Source of the DNA: Candidatus Zixiibacteriota bacterium
Lineage (GTDB): Bacteria; Zixibacteria; MSB-5A5; UBA10806; 4484-95
Direction of reading: 5' to 3'
Length of the DNA: 64,000 nt
Assembly: GCA_037441845.1 (NCBI GenBank)
Contig: JBBIRK010000001.1
Span: forward strand, 160,001 to 224,000
Shown in pieces: positions 46,675 through 56,483 of the stretch; position 1 is the first letter of the stretch; the number at the start of each line of letters is the position of its first letter. The notes below the pieces were generated by a model. The model did no database searches, had not been told where the DNA came from, and saw only the letters and a list, made by a program, of their open reading frames with translations. Made by a program: the position numbers and the translations under genes.

Positions 46675-49600
46675 CTATTCTATCTTACGATTAACCGCCG
46701 ACTCCGATTCCACTTGCCTTTCGATTCGGATCGCGCCGTTTTCCTTATCCCAAATCCAACCCGCCGGAAGGCGCAGCGGCGGCAATGGAGGTGTGCGATG
46801 ACAATAACTCAACTGAGAAACATAATTCTTGAAGAACGAAACCAGCATGGTGATGTCGGAACCGCGGAATTCGCAGCTGCCGTTGACATCGCCGGCGGCA
46901 TAGACCCAAACCCCCATCGAATCGTCGTAACACGAGTCGGGCGGTGGTAACGGCGAAAGTCCCTTGAAATAGCGCACGCCGAAAGTCACGTCGCTTCCCT
47001 GAACACTGCCGTCACCGTTAATATCACCCGGAACATATCGGCATCCACTCGGGCCGAAATCCCCCACCCATAACCCTACCGGTATATTGATCGAGCCGTT
47101 CAAAGGATCATTGCTGGCGACAAGAATCTGTCCGGTATATGCCCCGTCATCGAGTTCGGTTGCGTCGATTGAGACAATCAGGGTATCGGAGGTTGACGGC
47201 GCCAAACTTCCCGATGCCGGGTCGATCGCCAGCCAAGTTCCGGCGCTTATTTTCACTGCCAGTTGATTATGCACGTAGTTTGCGTTATAGCAAATCTGCA
47301 GACCATCGTTGCCGGCGGAGTTTTCGATTCCGATTGTGGCTCCGCGAAGACTGTCCGTATCGCTTCCCGGATTCATGACGGCGTAATTGAGAACGATCTT
47401 GCCGTTGCTATGAAGAATGGCTTGGAATGACAGCGCTCCGGTGCCGCCGCCGCTGATATAGTTCGGGACGCTGTCGAAACTCACGATGAACCTGTTGTTA
47501 AGCGAATCGAAATAATAATAGACGTCGCCGTATGCCCCGGGATTCAAATCATCCCACCACATGGCGATCAGATTATTGGGACTGGCGCTGTTCGGGATGT
47601 TGGTGTTGCTCAAGGATGAAGAGCCGCCGCCGAACGTCAATATGCCGTTCGAGCCGATATAGAGCTGAGAATAGCTGTTCTCGTAGAATGGGAAAGAAAA
47701 TCCTATATCGAATGGTCCGGCGAAGGAATCATCGGATAAAGTAACCCGAGTTCCGGAACCGGAAATATCAACCCAGCTGAACGCCGGTCCGCCCGGTTCG
47801 TCCGAGTCTATCCAACGGTGGCCGAATTGATCGGGGCCTCCTTGGCTGCAGATAACCGGCGGATAAATAGGTTCGAGCGAGCCGTCTTTGTCTTGATCCA
47901 GAATTGCGAAACGTTCCGGTTGGGCAGCTGACTCTGCGAGTTTAGTCAAAATCACGGCAGACGGCGATTCGACGATGCGGCGCAATCTATCGTTAGTCGA
48001 TGCCTCGGCGCTGAAGTTGAGGCGTCCCGGTCCGCCGTTGGAGATTATCATCGCCGCCTGCGATTGTTCGCCGGAAAGCAGCGTATCGGTAATCGCCAGC
48101 GGAGTGATACTTACGCTGGGCGGATAGATATAAAGAGATAGGGGGATATTCCCGTTCGGCATATCGGGATCGTTGCAGGTGAAACTTAGATTGCCGCTCT
48201 GTAAACCGGGCGTTCCGAGAGAAGAGGAATTCACATAAAGCGGCAAGACCAACGAATCGCCGGCCTGAATAGTTTGCAGCGATTCGCTGACCGTGACCCA
48301 AGCAACGGATGAACTGAAGGTCGCGCGCAAAGCAGCGTTGCCGTTGTTGATCACCAGCAGGTTCCAAGTGGCCGTTTCTCCCTGAACCATGCTGTCTGCA
48401 AAACCGCCGGGTAGATAGACCATATTGGGATAAGTGGCCTGCCCCTGCTGATATCCTTTGAGCGTGATATCGTCGATATTCCAGCCGCAGTATTGCCAGG
48501 AACCATCGGTGGTGCCGATACTGAAACGAATCCTGAAATTAGGATTGTTGTCGGCGATCGCCGAAAGATCGTAGTTTTGCTCGCTCCAGGCCGTTTCGTC
48601 TATATGATCGCTGCCGTTTTCGAACAGCTGGATCCAGCTTGTTCCATTGTAGGCCTCCAGCCGGGCGTGATCGTAGGTGTTCCTTTCGACTCCCAGCCAA
48701 CGATAAAATTTCAGCTGAACGCCGGTGTAATTCGAACAATCGATGATTGGAGAAGTCACATAAGCCGGCGATGATATATTGGCGCTGTAATCTCCGCCTG
48801 TGCCGGAAGTAAGATCATTTCCCAAAAGCCTGTTGTCGGAAGTCGGGCTATGGTCCTGCGCCGGGTCGGGTCCGCCATAGGAATCGCTTCCTGAACCGCC
48901 GGTTGCAGGCCCTATCGTCCACTCACCAGCGCCACCCAGTCCGGTCCACCCGAGATTGGAGGAGAAATCATCGGAGAAAAATACGACCCTATCCCCAACC
49001 ACCAGGTTGAAATTCAAATTTGCCGAATAGCCCATGTTTCCTGTGACCGCCAGATTGCAATTGATCGAATACCCTTGGGGACAGCTCGGACTGGCGCTGA
49101 CCAGGTAGCGATCTGCGGCGTTGTTAGCGTTTCCGCCGGAGGGAATATTACCGAAAGTGCCGGAGTTGTCGCTTACGGTAATATAGGGATCGCCGACGCT
49201 GAGTACGGCGGCGACGTTGCCGGCGTCGGCCGAACCGCTGTTGGACAGAGTGACGGTCAGATAAGCCGATTCGCCCGGATCAAGCATGCCGTTCGGTGTT
49301 CCGCTCTGATCGGCAACCAGCACGCTGACAAAACCGAGCGTCGGCGCATGCACGGTTAGATTCAAGTTGCTGTTCCAAATATCGAGAGCGTTGCCGCTGA
49401 CGCTTAATTGAAACGGGATCACGTGCCCGTCAGGAGTATTGCCCGCGGCGTTGAACGAAAAGGCGTTGGCCCGGTTGACGGTCCCGTTGTTTCCGTTTAT
49501 CGTCCCGTAAGTTTCAGTATTATCGGTTACGGTGACATAGGGGTCGGTTTCGAGAAGCGACGCCACCACATTGTAGGCGTTGTCGGGGCCGACGTTTTTC

Positions 49601-51786
49601 AATTGAACGCCGAGCCGGATATTTTCGCCGATATCGACCAGCCCGTTGTTGTTGCCCAAAGAATCATTTACGAAATAGTTATCGAGCACCACGTAGGGAC
49701 CCGAAGGGGAAATCGATTGGATTGTGGAAATATAGGGAATTCTGTTCTGAGCGGTCACCACTATATCCACCGTTCCGGGAACGCCGAAGGGGATTATAGG
49801 CACATCCACCGTTCCTGTCGAATCGACGAAGGCCGCCCCATGTAAAACACCGTTGAACGACAATCCGACATAGGAATAAGGTGCAGCGCTGACGGTGAAA
49901 GTCGTTGCATTTATCAGCACGGTCGAGGAGTGGGATACCGGATTGACCGAGGGAACCCGCAGATATGTCATTACCGATGGATCGCCCATCAAGTGATATA
50001 TCTGCCAATAATAGGCGATTCGCGAGCTTCCCGCCTGCATAACCGCCAAATTGCCGCAGAAAATAATGGCATCGTTGTAAATGTAATGCCAGCGCAGCGG
50101 TTCGCCGCGGTCATGGAACATGCCATCGTAGGCACCCGGCTTATTCGCCTGATAGGTGGGGTTGGAGCTGACCGGCTCTGCGCCGACACCCCACCAATAA
50201 TCCTCATCCCAATAGGTGCTGTTCGAGCCGCCAATGTAACCGATGGCCCCTTTATTGGCGGATTGAAGCCATACCTCGCCGACACAGGGAGTGGAATAAT
50301 CCGTGCCGAAAGTGTTGGTCAGGCAGCAATTGCCTATTGCCAAAGGATACTTGCCGGCGTTGGTCAACGCCTGAACATGAGCGCTGCTGAATTGAGGATC
50401 CGACCATTCGGAATGGCTGCCGTGGGCGGTGTAATTTATCACGCCCACGCCGCTGTTAACGGTTTGTCTGATCGCCTCCGCGGCACCCGGTTGCCCCGAA
50501 GCCGGATAGAGCCAAGTATTGGAATAAATGCCATGTGCGGCGTTGAAATAATAATTGGTGCCGTAATTTATTTGGCCGTTGCCGTAAGTCGGCGCGTAAT
50601 TGGCGTCAACCCCGGCGATCAGCGTGACATTGCCCAAAAAGCTCGGGTCGGCCATTAGGTAACGCTCATATTCGAGAGTTTTATCTATCTGCGGTTGTAA
50701 TTCCCCTGTGTTTTGGGCCGAAAAACGGCCGTAGTAGATTTCCGGGACATTGTCACCGGTGTATTCGCAGAAACTCAGATCCGAAATATGACCGCTGAAT
50801 TGAAAAGGAGGTATCTGCTGGGCGTCACCCACCAACAATACGAAAGACGGCGCTGGATCCTGAGGCGAACCTTGATTATAAATGTTCTGGATAAAAGCCT
50901 TGATGGCGGTGTTGGTGGTTCCGATACTGTCGGTATAGCCGACTACGACCTTGAAACCGCGTTTGATTTTCCAGGCGATGAACGGCTGTAATTGTGACTG
51001 AAACATCCGGTGGGAAACTATCACCATTTTCAACGGATATCTGGTGATATCGTCAAGGATAAGCGATTGCTCCTTGAAACTTTCGTAATTCTGCAGACTG
51101 CTGAATGCCGGTTCGAAGGCCGGCGAATAAAATCTCTCCTGCATGAGACGCGTCTGTTCCCAGTCGGCGCCGACAAAATCGATTTTGACCGAAATGCGAG
51201 TGTAGATTTTTAATCTGTTAGTCACCGGATTATAGGCAAAGGGAGCGATAGAGACCAAACCCAAGCGGACCGAGCGCATTATTCCCATATCTTCCGCCCG
51301 CACGAGCTCCGGTTGAAAATACTCGTTTCTGCCATAAAGCTGATCGTCGATTATAAACGGCACGAGCTCGGGATCGTCCGATTTGGAAAGCGATGGTTGG
51401 ACCGGCATAAGCGGCAGAGTCACCCCATAATCAGCCAGATCGATTTCGCTTAATTCATATGACGTGACGGTCGCCTGCAACTCGGCCCCGAACGGAACAG
51501 CCAGCAACCGGTTGGCGGTCGGTAAATTCGGCTTTCCCTTGAGCTGGGAACGCACGAGGTGATCGGCGGTAAGCAGCTCGAATAACCCCGCTTTCGTCTT
51601 TATTTCGTAAAAGTCTATCGCGCCGGTCGTCACCTCGATTTCGACGCCTGATCGGTCTTGCCGTATTAAGACGATATCATTGGGCAAGTCGGCCAGCTTG
51701 ATGGTTTGGCTTGCCATTGCTGACGCAGCAAGCGCAAGACCGATAATCACGACGGAAAACCCAAAAATCCAATGCCGGTGATTCAA
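46675..51786 (-). CDS. Secreted C25 gingipain (Kgp-like) cysteine peptidase with multiple accessory domains and a C-terminal dockerin-like domain
   Basis: AGGAGG RBS, TTG start, signal peptide; NYTAHGS (catalytic His) and IGNCC (catalytic Cys); YWDEDYWW, YHLMGDP; C-terminal GDINGDG / GDVNGSC duplicated motif. Confidence 0.92.
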   Translation of the reverse strand: MNHRHWIFGFSVVIIGLALAASAMASQTIKLADLPNDIVLIRQDRSGVEIEVTTGAIDFYEIKTKAGLFELLTADHLVRSQLKGKPNLPTANRLLAVPFGAELQATVTSYELSEIDLADYGVTLPLMPVQPSLSKSDDPELVPFIIDDQLYGRNEYFQPELVRAEDMGIMRSVRLGLVSIAPFAYNPVTNRLKIYTRISVKIDFVGADWEQTRLMQERFYSPAFEPAFSSLQNYESFKEQSLILDDITRYPLKMVIVSHRMFQSQLQPFIAWKIKRGFKVVVGYTDSIGTTNTAIKAFIQNIYNQGSPQDPAPSFVLLVGDAQQIPPFQFSGHISDLSFCEYTGDNVPEIYYGRFSAQNTGELQPQIDKTLEYERYLMADPSFLGNVTLIAGVDANYAPTYGNGQINYGTNYYFNAAHGIYSNTWLYPASGQPGAAEAIRQTVNSGVGVINYTAHGSHSEWSDPQFSSAHVQALTNAGKYPLAIGNCCLTNTFGTDYSTPCVGEVWLQSANKGAIGYIGGSNSTYWDEDYWWGVGAEPVSSNPTYQANKPGAYDGMFHDRGEPLRWHYIYNDAIIFCGNLAVMQAGSSRIAYYWQIYHLMGDPSVMTYLRVPSVNPVSHSSTVLINATTFTVSAAPYSYVGLSFNGVLHGAAFVDSTGTVDVPIIPFGVPGTVDIVVTAQNRIPYISTIQSISPSGPYVVLDNYFVNDSLGNNNGLVDIGENIRLGVQLKNVGPDNAYNVVASLLETDPYVTVTDNTETYGTINGNNGTVNRANAFSFNAAGNTPDGHVIPFQLSVSGNALDIWNSNLNLTVHAPTLGFVSVLVADQSGTPNGMLDPGESAYLTVTLSNSGSADAGNVAAVLSVGDPYITVSDNSGTFGNIPSGGNANNAADRYLVSASPSCPQGYSINCNLAVTGNMGYSANLNFNLVVGDRVVFFSDDFSSNLGWTGLGGAGEWTIGPATGGSGSDSYGGPDPAQDHSPTSDNRLLGNDLTSGTGGDYSANISSPAYVTSPIIDCSNYTGVQLKFYRWLGVERNTYDHARLEAYNGTSWIQLFENGSDHIDETAWSEQNYDLSAIADNNPNFRIRFSIGTTDGSWQYCGWNIDDITLKGYQQGQATYPNMVYLPGGFADSMVQGETATWNLLVINNGNAALRATFSSSVAWVTVSESLQTIQAGDSLVLPLYVNSSSLGTPGLQSGNLSFTCNDPDMPNGNIPLSLYIYPPSVSITPLAITDTLLSGEQSQAAMIISNGGPGRLNFSAEASTNDRLRRIVESPSAVILTKLAESAAQPERFAILDQDKDGSLEPIYPPVICSQGGPDQFGHRWIDSDEPGGPAFSWVDISGSGTRVTLSDDSFAGPFDIGFSFPFYENSYSQLYIGSNGILTFGGGSSSLSNTNIPNSASPNNLIAMWWDDLNPGAYGDVYYYFDSLNNRFIVSFDSVPNYISGGGTGALSFQAILHSNGKIVLNYAVMNPGSDTDSLRGATIGIENSAGNDGLQICYNANYVHNQLAVKISAGTWLAIDPASGSLAPSTSDTLIVSIDATELDDGAYTGQILVASNDPLNGSINIPVGLWVGDFGPSGCRYVPGDINGDGSVQGSDVTFGVRYFKGLSPLPPPDSCYDDSMGVWVYAAGDVNGSCEFRGSDITMLVSFFKNYVSQLSYCHRTPPLPPLRLPAGWIWDKENGAIRIERQVESESAVNRKIE

Positions 51787-52034
51787 GACAACCTCCTAAT
51801 CGGTTTTTATTTTACAGCCACGATTGCCACTTGTCGGATAATTATGTTCGCTCCTTCCCCAAGCCCCAATGTGGCTTAATTTACTCCATTATGAAGCCTA
51901 ACTACTCCATGAAATAGTATATAAAATTGACCATAAAAACAAAGCGTTTTTTGGCAATTATGGTGGGTTGGAATCGTTATTGTGAAAGACGATTCCTATA
52001 AATCGGTCTTGGCGCGGTGGACGACGGAGTATTT

Positions 52035-54014
52035 CTATTTGCCCAACAGGTGATCCTGGAAAAACACGTAGGCCCTCGTGAATTCCTCGATTACCTGCTG
52101 TTTGCTCGTCCCCCAGTGGCCGCTGGTTAAAGATTCATAATAGATTACGTCTTTGCCCAGCTTAGATAACAGATAACCGAATCGTCGGGGGTCGCCTGCA
52201 AAAACGCGCGGATCGTTGTATCCGGCGGTGAGAAATATAGGACGCTTGATCGCCCCGGCTTTGAAAATCGGCGAAAGGTCGCGGGTCAATTTGCTTCCGA
52301 TCGGGCCGAATTCGAGCTCCCAGCCCTGTTGGAAAGTTACATCGCCATGGGTATTGCCGTAATCGACGTCGGCCACTCCTACTTCGCTTACGGCGCAGGC
52401 GAATTTTTCGGGCGCGGTAACCGCGATAAAATTCACCGTGTAACCGCCGTATGAACCACCCCAGATTCCGATTTTGCTCGGGTTGGAGTATTTCTCGTCA
52501 GTCAGAAAATCCAACGCGGCGACTGCATCCTCAAGCGCCTTGAAACGACCCTCGAGATTGTCGGCCCTTTCGTAGGCTGCTCCATAACCGGTGGAACCGC
52601 GCACGTTGGGAAACATTAGAATGAACCCTTTGGCCAAGGCGAAAGCCACGTTGCGCTGAAATCCAGGGCGGCTTTGATCCGGCGGCCCTCCATGATAGAT
52701 AACCAGCGCCGGATTATCGGCGTTTTTCCTGATATCCTTGGGCAGATAAAGCAATGCCGGAATAAGGGAACCGTCTTTGGAACGATATTTAACCACCTGA
52801 ACATCGACACCGGAAAAGTCAAAACCGAAATCGGTCACCTCGGCTACTTTTTCTTTGGATTTCAAATCAAGCCTTCCCAGGAAAATCGAGTTCGGCCTAT
52901 TGGGAGCATTATACGAATAGACGAATTCTCCGAAATCGTTGGCGGAAATTTCGCTTATCACTCCGGGTTCGTTCGATGGCGCGATCAGGGGTTTCCCCGC
53001 CAAATCGATTGCCGCGATTTCCGAATAACCGTCGCGGTTGAGCAAAGATATGCAGGCGCGCGCCCGGGGCACTGCTACGAAATTATCGATTTCGAGCCGG
53101 GGATCGTACAATAACGCCGGCTTGCTCTTTCCGGCGGGATCGATCAAGACGAGCTTGTTCATTTCATCGGATTTTGAAAGTGCATCCGATATGCAGATTA
53201 TTTTCCCGTCGCCGGCGAACGCCGCCGAGGCGAAATACCCCCTGCCAGTCAAGTTTTTGGTCTTGCCTGTCCGCTCATCGATCATGAAAAGTTGACTTTC
53301 GGAAAAGGAAAACCATCTGGTGCAAAGAAGACGGCCGGGTTCGTGGTCCGAAATATCGATCCATTCCCTTTCGCGGTGAACCAGCCGCAAAGTCCCTTTC
53401 GGAATCGAATAAATACAGAGTTGGCGGCTGGTATCGGTCGAAACCATCAAATAGAATTCGTCCCTGCTTTTGAAAACCACGTTGCTGTAACCAATATTGG
53501 GGTCTGTCAAGAGCGGCCGAAAACCGCCGTCGCGATTGAACAGCCAGATATTATGCTTTTCGGAACCGTGCTTCATCACTCCGACCAGGACGAAATCACC
53601 CGATGGATGCACTTCAAAATAGTAAATGTTAAGGCCTTCCTCGGCCCAGTTGTTCGGGGTAAGTTGCCGCGGCCAACCCAGCGGCTCGTCCACATAGAAA
53701 AGGTGTTCGATCTGACCGGTTATCCGCATCGTGAAATATATCCGGCCGGTGTTATCGATCTGGGGTTGGCCGAGATTGTCGATACCCATCAAAAACGAAA
53801 GATCCCGATATGTATCGTTCCAGAAACGGGAGCTTTTCAACCTCGAATCGGTGGCTTTATTGCAACTATCTATATATGCATGGATTCGGGCGGTATCGGA
53901 TATGATCCAGGTGTCGGCCTCTTTAAGGATTGCCTCAATCTGCTGCGAGTCCGCTCGAGATGCTAATGTCCACAGGCAGAGAATAGCCAAAAATAAACGA
54001 AAAAAAACCATCAT
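52035..54014 (-). CDS. Exported S9 prolyl oligopeptidase-family serine peptidase
   Basis: HGGP, PNVRGSTGYG, GGSYGG, DPRV and GH triad motifs; signal peptide. Confidence 0.93.
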   Translation of the reverse strand: MMVFFRLFLAILCLWTLASRADSQQIEAILKEADTWIISDTARIHAYIDSCNKATDSRLKSSRFWNDTYRDLSFLMGIDNLGQPQIDNTGRIYFTMRITGQIEHLFYVDEPLGWPRQLTPNNWAEEGLNIYYFEVHPSGDFVLVGVMKHGSEKHNIWLFNRDGGFRPLLTDPNIGYSNVVFKSRDEFYLMVSTDTSRQLCIYSIPKGTLRLVHREREWIDISDHEPGRLLCTRWFSFSESQLFMIDERTGKTKNLTGRGYFASAAFAGDGKIICISDALSKSDEMNKLVLIDPAGKSKPALLYDPRLEIDNFVAVPRARACISLLNRDGYSEIAAIDLAGKPLIAPSNEPGVISEISANDFGEFVYSYNAPNRPNSIFLGRLDLKSKEKVAEVTDFGFDFSGVDVQVVKYRSKDGSLIPALLYLPKDIRKNADNPALVIYHGGPPDQSRPGFQRNVAFALAKGFILMFPNVRGSTGYGAAYERADNLEGRFKALEDAVAALDFLTDEKYSNPSKIGIWGGSYGGYTVNFIAVTAPEKFACAVSEVGVADVDYGNTHGDVTFQQGWELEFGPIGSKLTRDLSPIFKAGAIKRPIFLTAGYNDPRVFAGDPRRFGYLLSKLGKDVIYYESLTSGHWGTSKQQVIEEFTRAYVFFQDHLLGK

Positions 54015-54122
54015 TCCTCCATACGAAAATACATTTCCGGAAATTTCGTTTTCTTTGGGATTGAAATCATCTGGTCAAGGCTAAGCGACCTTTATTTTAC
54101 GAAAATGCACAAGCCGACCTAT

Positions 54123-54902
54123 TCAATCGGGAGCCTCAAAATTATAAAATATCCGGCTGAGCAATTTATCTATTTGATTTATGCGGAAAGGCTTGGCGAT
54201 ATATCCGGCGGCCCCCTCAAGGGTGGCTCGTTCCTCGGGATAGGCCAGCGGATAAGCGGTGATAATAACCACCGGCAGATTCGGAAAATTCCGGCGGACC
54301 GCATTCAACAGCTCTATACCATTCAACTCGGGCATTCTGATATCCGATATCACCAGGTCATATGCATTGCTTTCTATTTCTTTCAAGGCTTGGTTTCCAT
54401 CGGCGACGCCCACCGCCTGATAACCCAATGCGGCGAGCGACTCGATCAACGTGCGTCTGATATTCTCCTCGTCATCGACAACCAAAATTGTCTTTTGCGC
54501 CGGACGGCTACGAGCTTTGGTTGAATCATATTTGGCCAGAGTCGTCTCGATTAAATCTTCTATTTTCCCGATTCGAAACGGCTTCGCCAGAAATCCATCG
54601 GCGCCGGCGTCGAGAATTTCGTCTTGCGAGATATTTTTCCCGGAAATCGCCAGGACCGGAATTTTAGGTTTCGATATTTTTACGTGTTTCAACAATTCTA
54701 TACCCGATCGGCCCGGCAACAAAATATCGGTTATCACGACGTCGATATTTTCACGATCGAGAATTTCGACGGCTTGCTGGAAATCCTCGGCGGTAAGACA
54801 GTGGTAACCGACCGCAGTGAGAGTATCGCTCAAAAGCTCGCGGATCGTCCGTTCGTCGTCGACCACCAGCACCTTTATGGAGCGAAAATCCGCCACATTC
54901 AA
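54123..54902 (-). CDS. Response regulator made of two tandem receiver domains
   Basis: VLVVDDE..DILLP..LAKPF and ILVVDDE..DIRMP..IAKPF; no output domain. Confidence 0.9.
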   Translation of the reverse strand: MNVADFRSIKVLVVDDERTIRELLSDTLTAVGYHCLTAEDFQQAVEILDRENIDVVITDILLPGRSGIELLKHVKISKPKIPVLAISGKNISQDEILDAGADGFLAKPFRIGKIEDLIETTLAKYDSTKARSRPAQKTILVVDDEENIRRTLIESLAALGYQAVGVADGNQALKEIESNAYDLVISDIRMPELNGIELLNAVRRNFPNLPVVIITAYPLAYPEERATLEGAAGYIAKPFRINQIDKLLSRIFYNFEAPD

Positions 54903-56239
54903 CCCCTGATTACAGCTAAAACCTTATCGGTGGCATTCCGCAATATTTCAGCGGTCTTGGCCTCGAGATTAAGGCGCAACAAAGGTTCGGTATTGGACGG
55001 CCGAACGTTGAACCAGAAATCGCCCGTATCTATCGTCACCCCGTCGAGGTAATCGACATGCGCATCGGGAAAGGCGGCCACCAGCTGTTTAAGTTTGGCG
55101 GGAATGTCGTCAACTTTCGAGTTGATCTCCCCCGACCGATGATAAATATCGAATGTGGAGACCAGCTCCGACAGCTTTCGATTTGACTTGCTCAACAACT
55201 CGAGGCATACGACGAAAGCGATCAGCCCCGAATCGGCATACCAATTGTCGCGGAAATAAAAATGTCCGGAATGCTCGCCGCCGAAAATGGCATTATGTTC
55301 TTTCATTATAGGTTTTATGATTGCATGACCGACGCGGGTGCGAATCGCTTTCCCCCCGGCTTTTTCGATAACGGCCGGGACGGCTTTGGAGCAGATAAGA
55401 TTGTAGATAATAGTCGCATTCGGATGTTTCTCCAGCAGGGATCTGGCCACCATGGCCGTGACCATATCACCTCCCAGGGGACGGGCATTTTCATCGACAA
55501 GAAACATTCTATCGGCATCCCCGTCGAATGCGGCCCCGAAATCGGCTTTTTCGGCGAGCACCCTATTGCGGAGATCGACTATGTTTTCGGGCTCGATAGG
55601 GCTGGCGGGATGATTGGGAAAGGTGCCGTCCAGCTCGAAATACATAGGGATAAGTCGGCAGGGCAGATGTTCGAAAAGCCGCCTTATCAGCAGTCCGGCC
55701 ATGCCGTTTCCGGCATCGACGACAATGGCAAACGGTTTGATCACGGACACGTCCACGAAAGATAGCACGTGATTTATGAAGTCGTCGGCGATATCACGAG
55801 TGCAATAACTTCCCCTCCTGGCTGCGATACGCAGATTTCCCGTTTTCAGAATCTCCTTGATCTTCGCCATCTCATTTTCGGCCGAAAGCGGAACCGCCTC
55901 GGACCTGCACATTTTCAGCCCGTTGTATTGGGGAGGATTATGCGATGCGGTGACCATGCCGCCGAAATCGAATCCATATTTTCCGACGGCATAATACAGC
56001 GCGTCCGTCGAAACCAGTCCCACATCCGTCACATCGGCCCCGCCGCGGCGGATCCCCTCGATAAATGCGGACGCCAGTTTTTCCGAGGATACCCTCATGT
56101 CCCTGCCGACGACGGCTCGTTTTACCCCCAGAAGTTGTATCGCCGCTTGCCCGAGGGCCATAAAAATCGGTTCGTTGACTTGTTCCGGGTAAATTCCTCG
56201 TATATCGTAGGCCTTGAAAATTCCCTCATCGATAATCAT
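54899..56239 (-). CDS. manB: Phosphomannomutase/phosphoglucomutase
   Basis: FKAYDIRG, TASHNP, FDGDADR, GEHSGH, VRPSNTEP. Confidence 0.93.
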   Translation of the reverse strand: MIIDEGIFKAYDIRGIYPEQVNEPIFMALGQAAIQLLGVKRAVVGRDMRVSSEKLASAFIEGIRRGGADVTDVGLVSTDALYYAVGKYGFDFGGMVTASHNPPQYNGLKMCRSEAVPLSAENEMAKIKEILKTGNLRIAARRGSYCTRDIADDFINHVLSFVDVSVIKPFAIVVDAGNGMAGLLIRRLFEHLPCRLIPMYFELDGTFPNHPASPIEPENIVDLRNRVLAEKADFGAAFDGDADRMFLVDENARPLGGDMVTAMVARSLLEKHPNATIIYNLICSKAVPAVIEKAGGKAIRTRVGHAIIKPIMKEHNAIFGGEHSGHFYFRDNWYADSGLIAFVVCLELLSKSNRKLSELVSTFDIYHRSGEINSKVDDIPAKLKQLVAAFPDAHVDYLDGVTIDTGDFWFNVRPSNTEPLLRLNLEAKTAEILRNATDKVLAVIRG

Positions 56240-56483
56240 TTCGGACAGTCTCCAGTATGGATTTTCGATATTTTACTTTATATCGGTAAAATGTCAAGCC
56301 ATATGCTTTATCGGAGATTATTCCACAAGGAAAAGTTGCCGAAGGAAATTATCTGTGCGCCCCCACAGGAGATTAGAGATCGGCTTAATTAGCTTGACAA
56401 GATTACGGAATGGAGCGATATTGGCATGTTTTAATTATACTATCAGGGACGTAACAAGAGCCGGGGTAATTCTGGAGTTGGCG

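Noticed and set aside
56214..56483. 90-aa N-terminal extension of the Spt-like ORF
   Set aside because: It spans the divergent promoter region and overlaps the mutase start; RBS and family similarity begin at ATG 56484.
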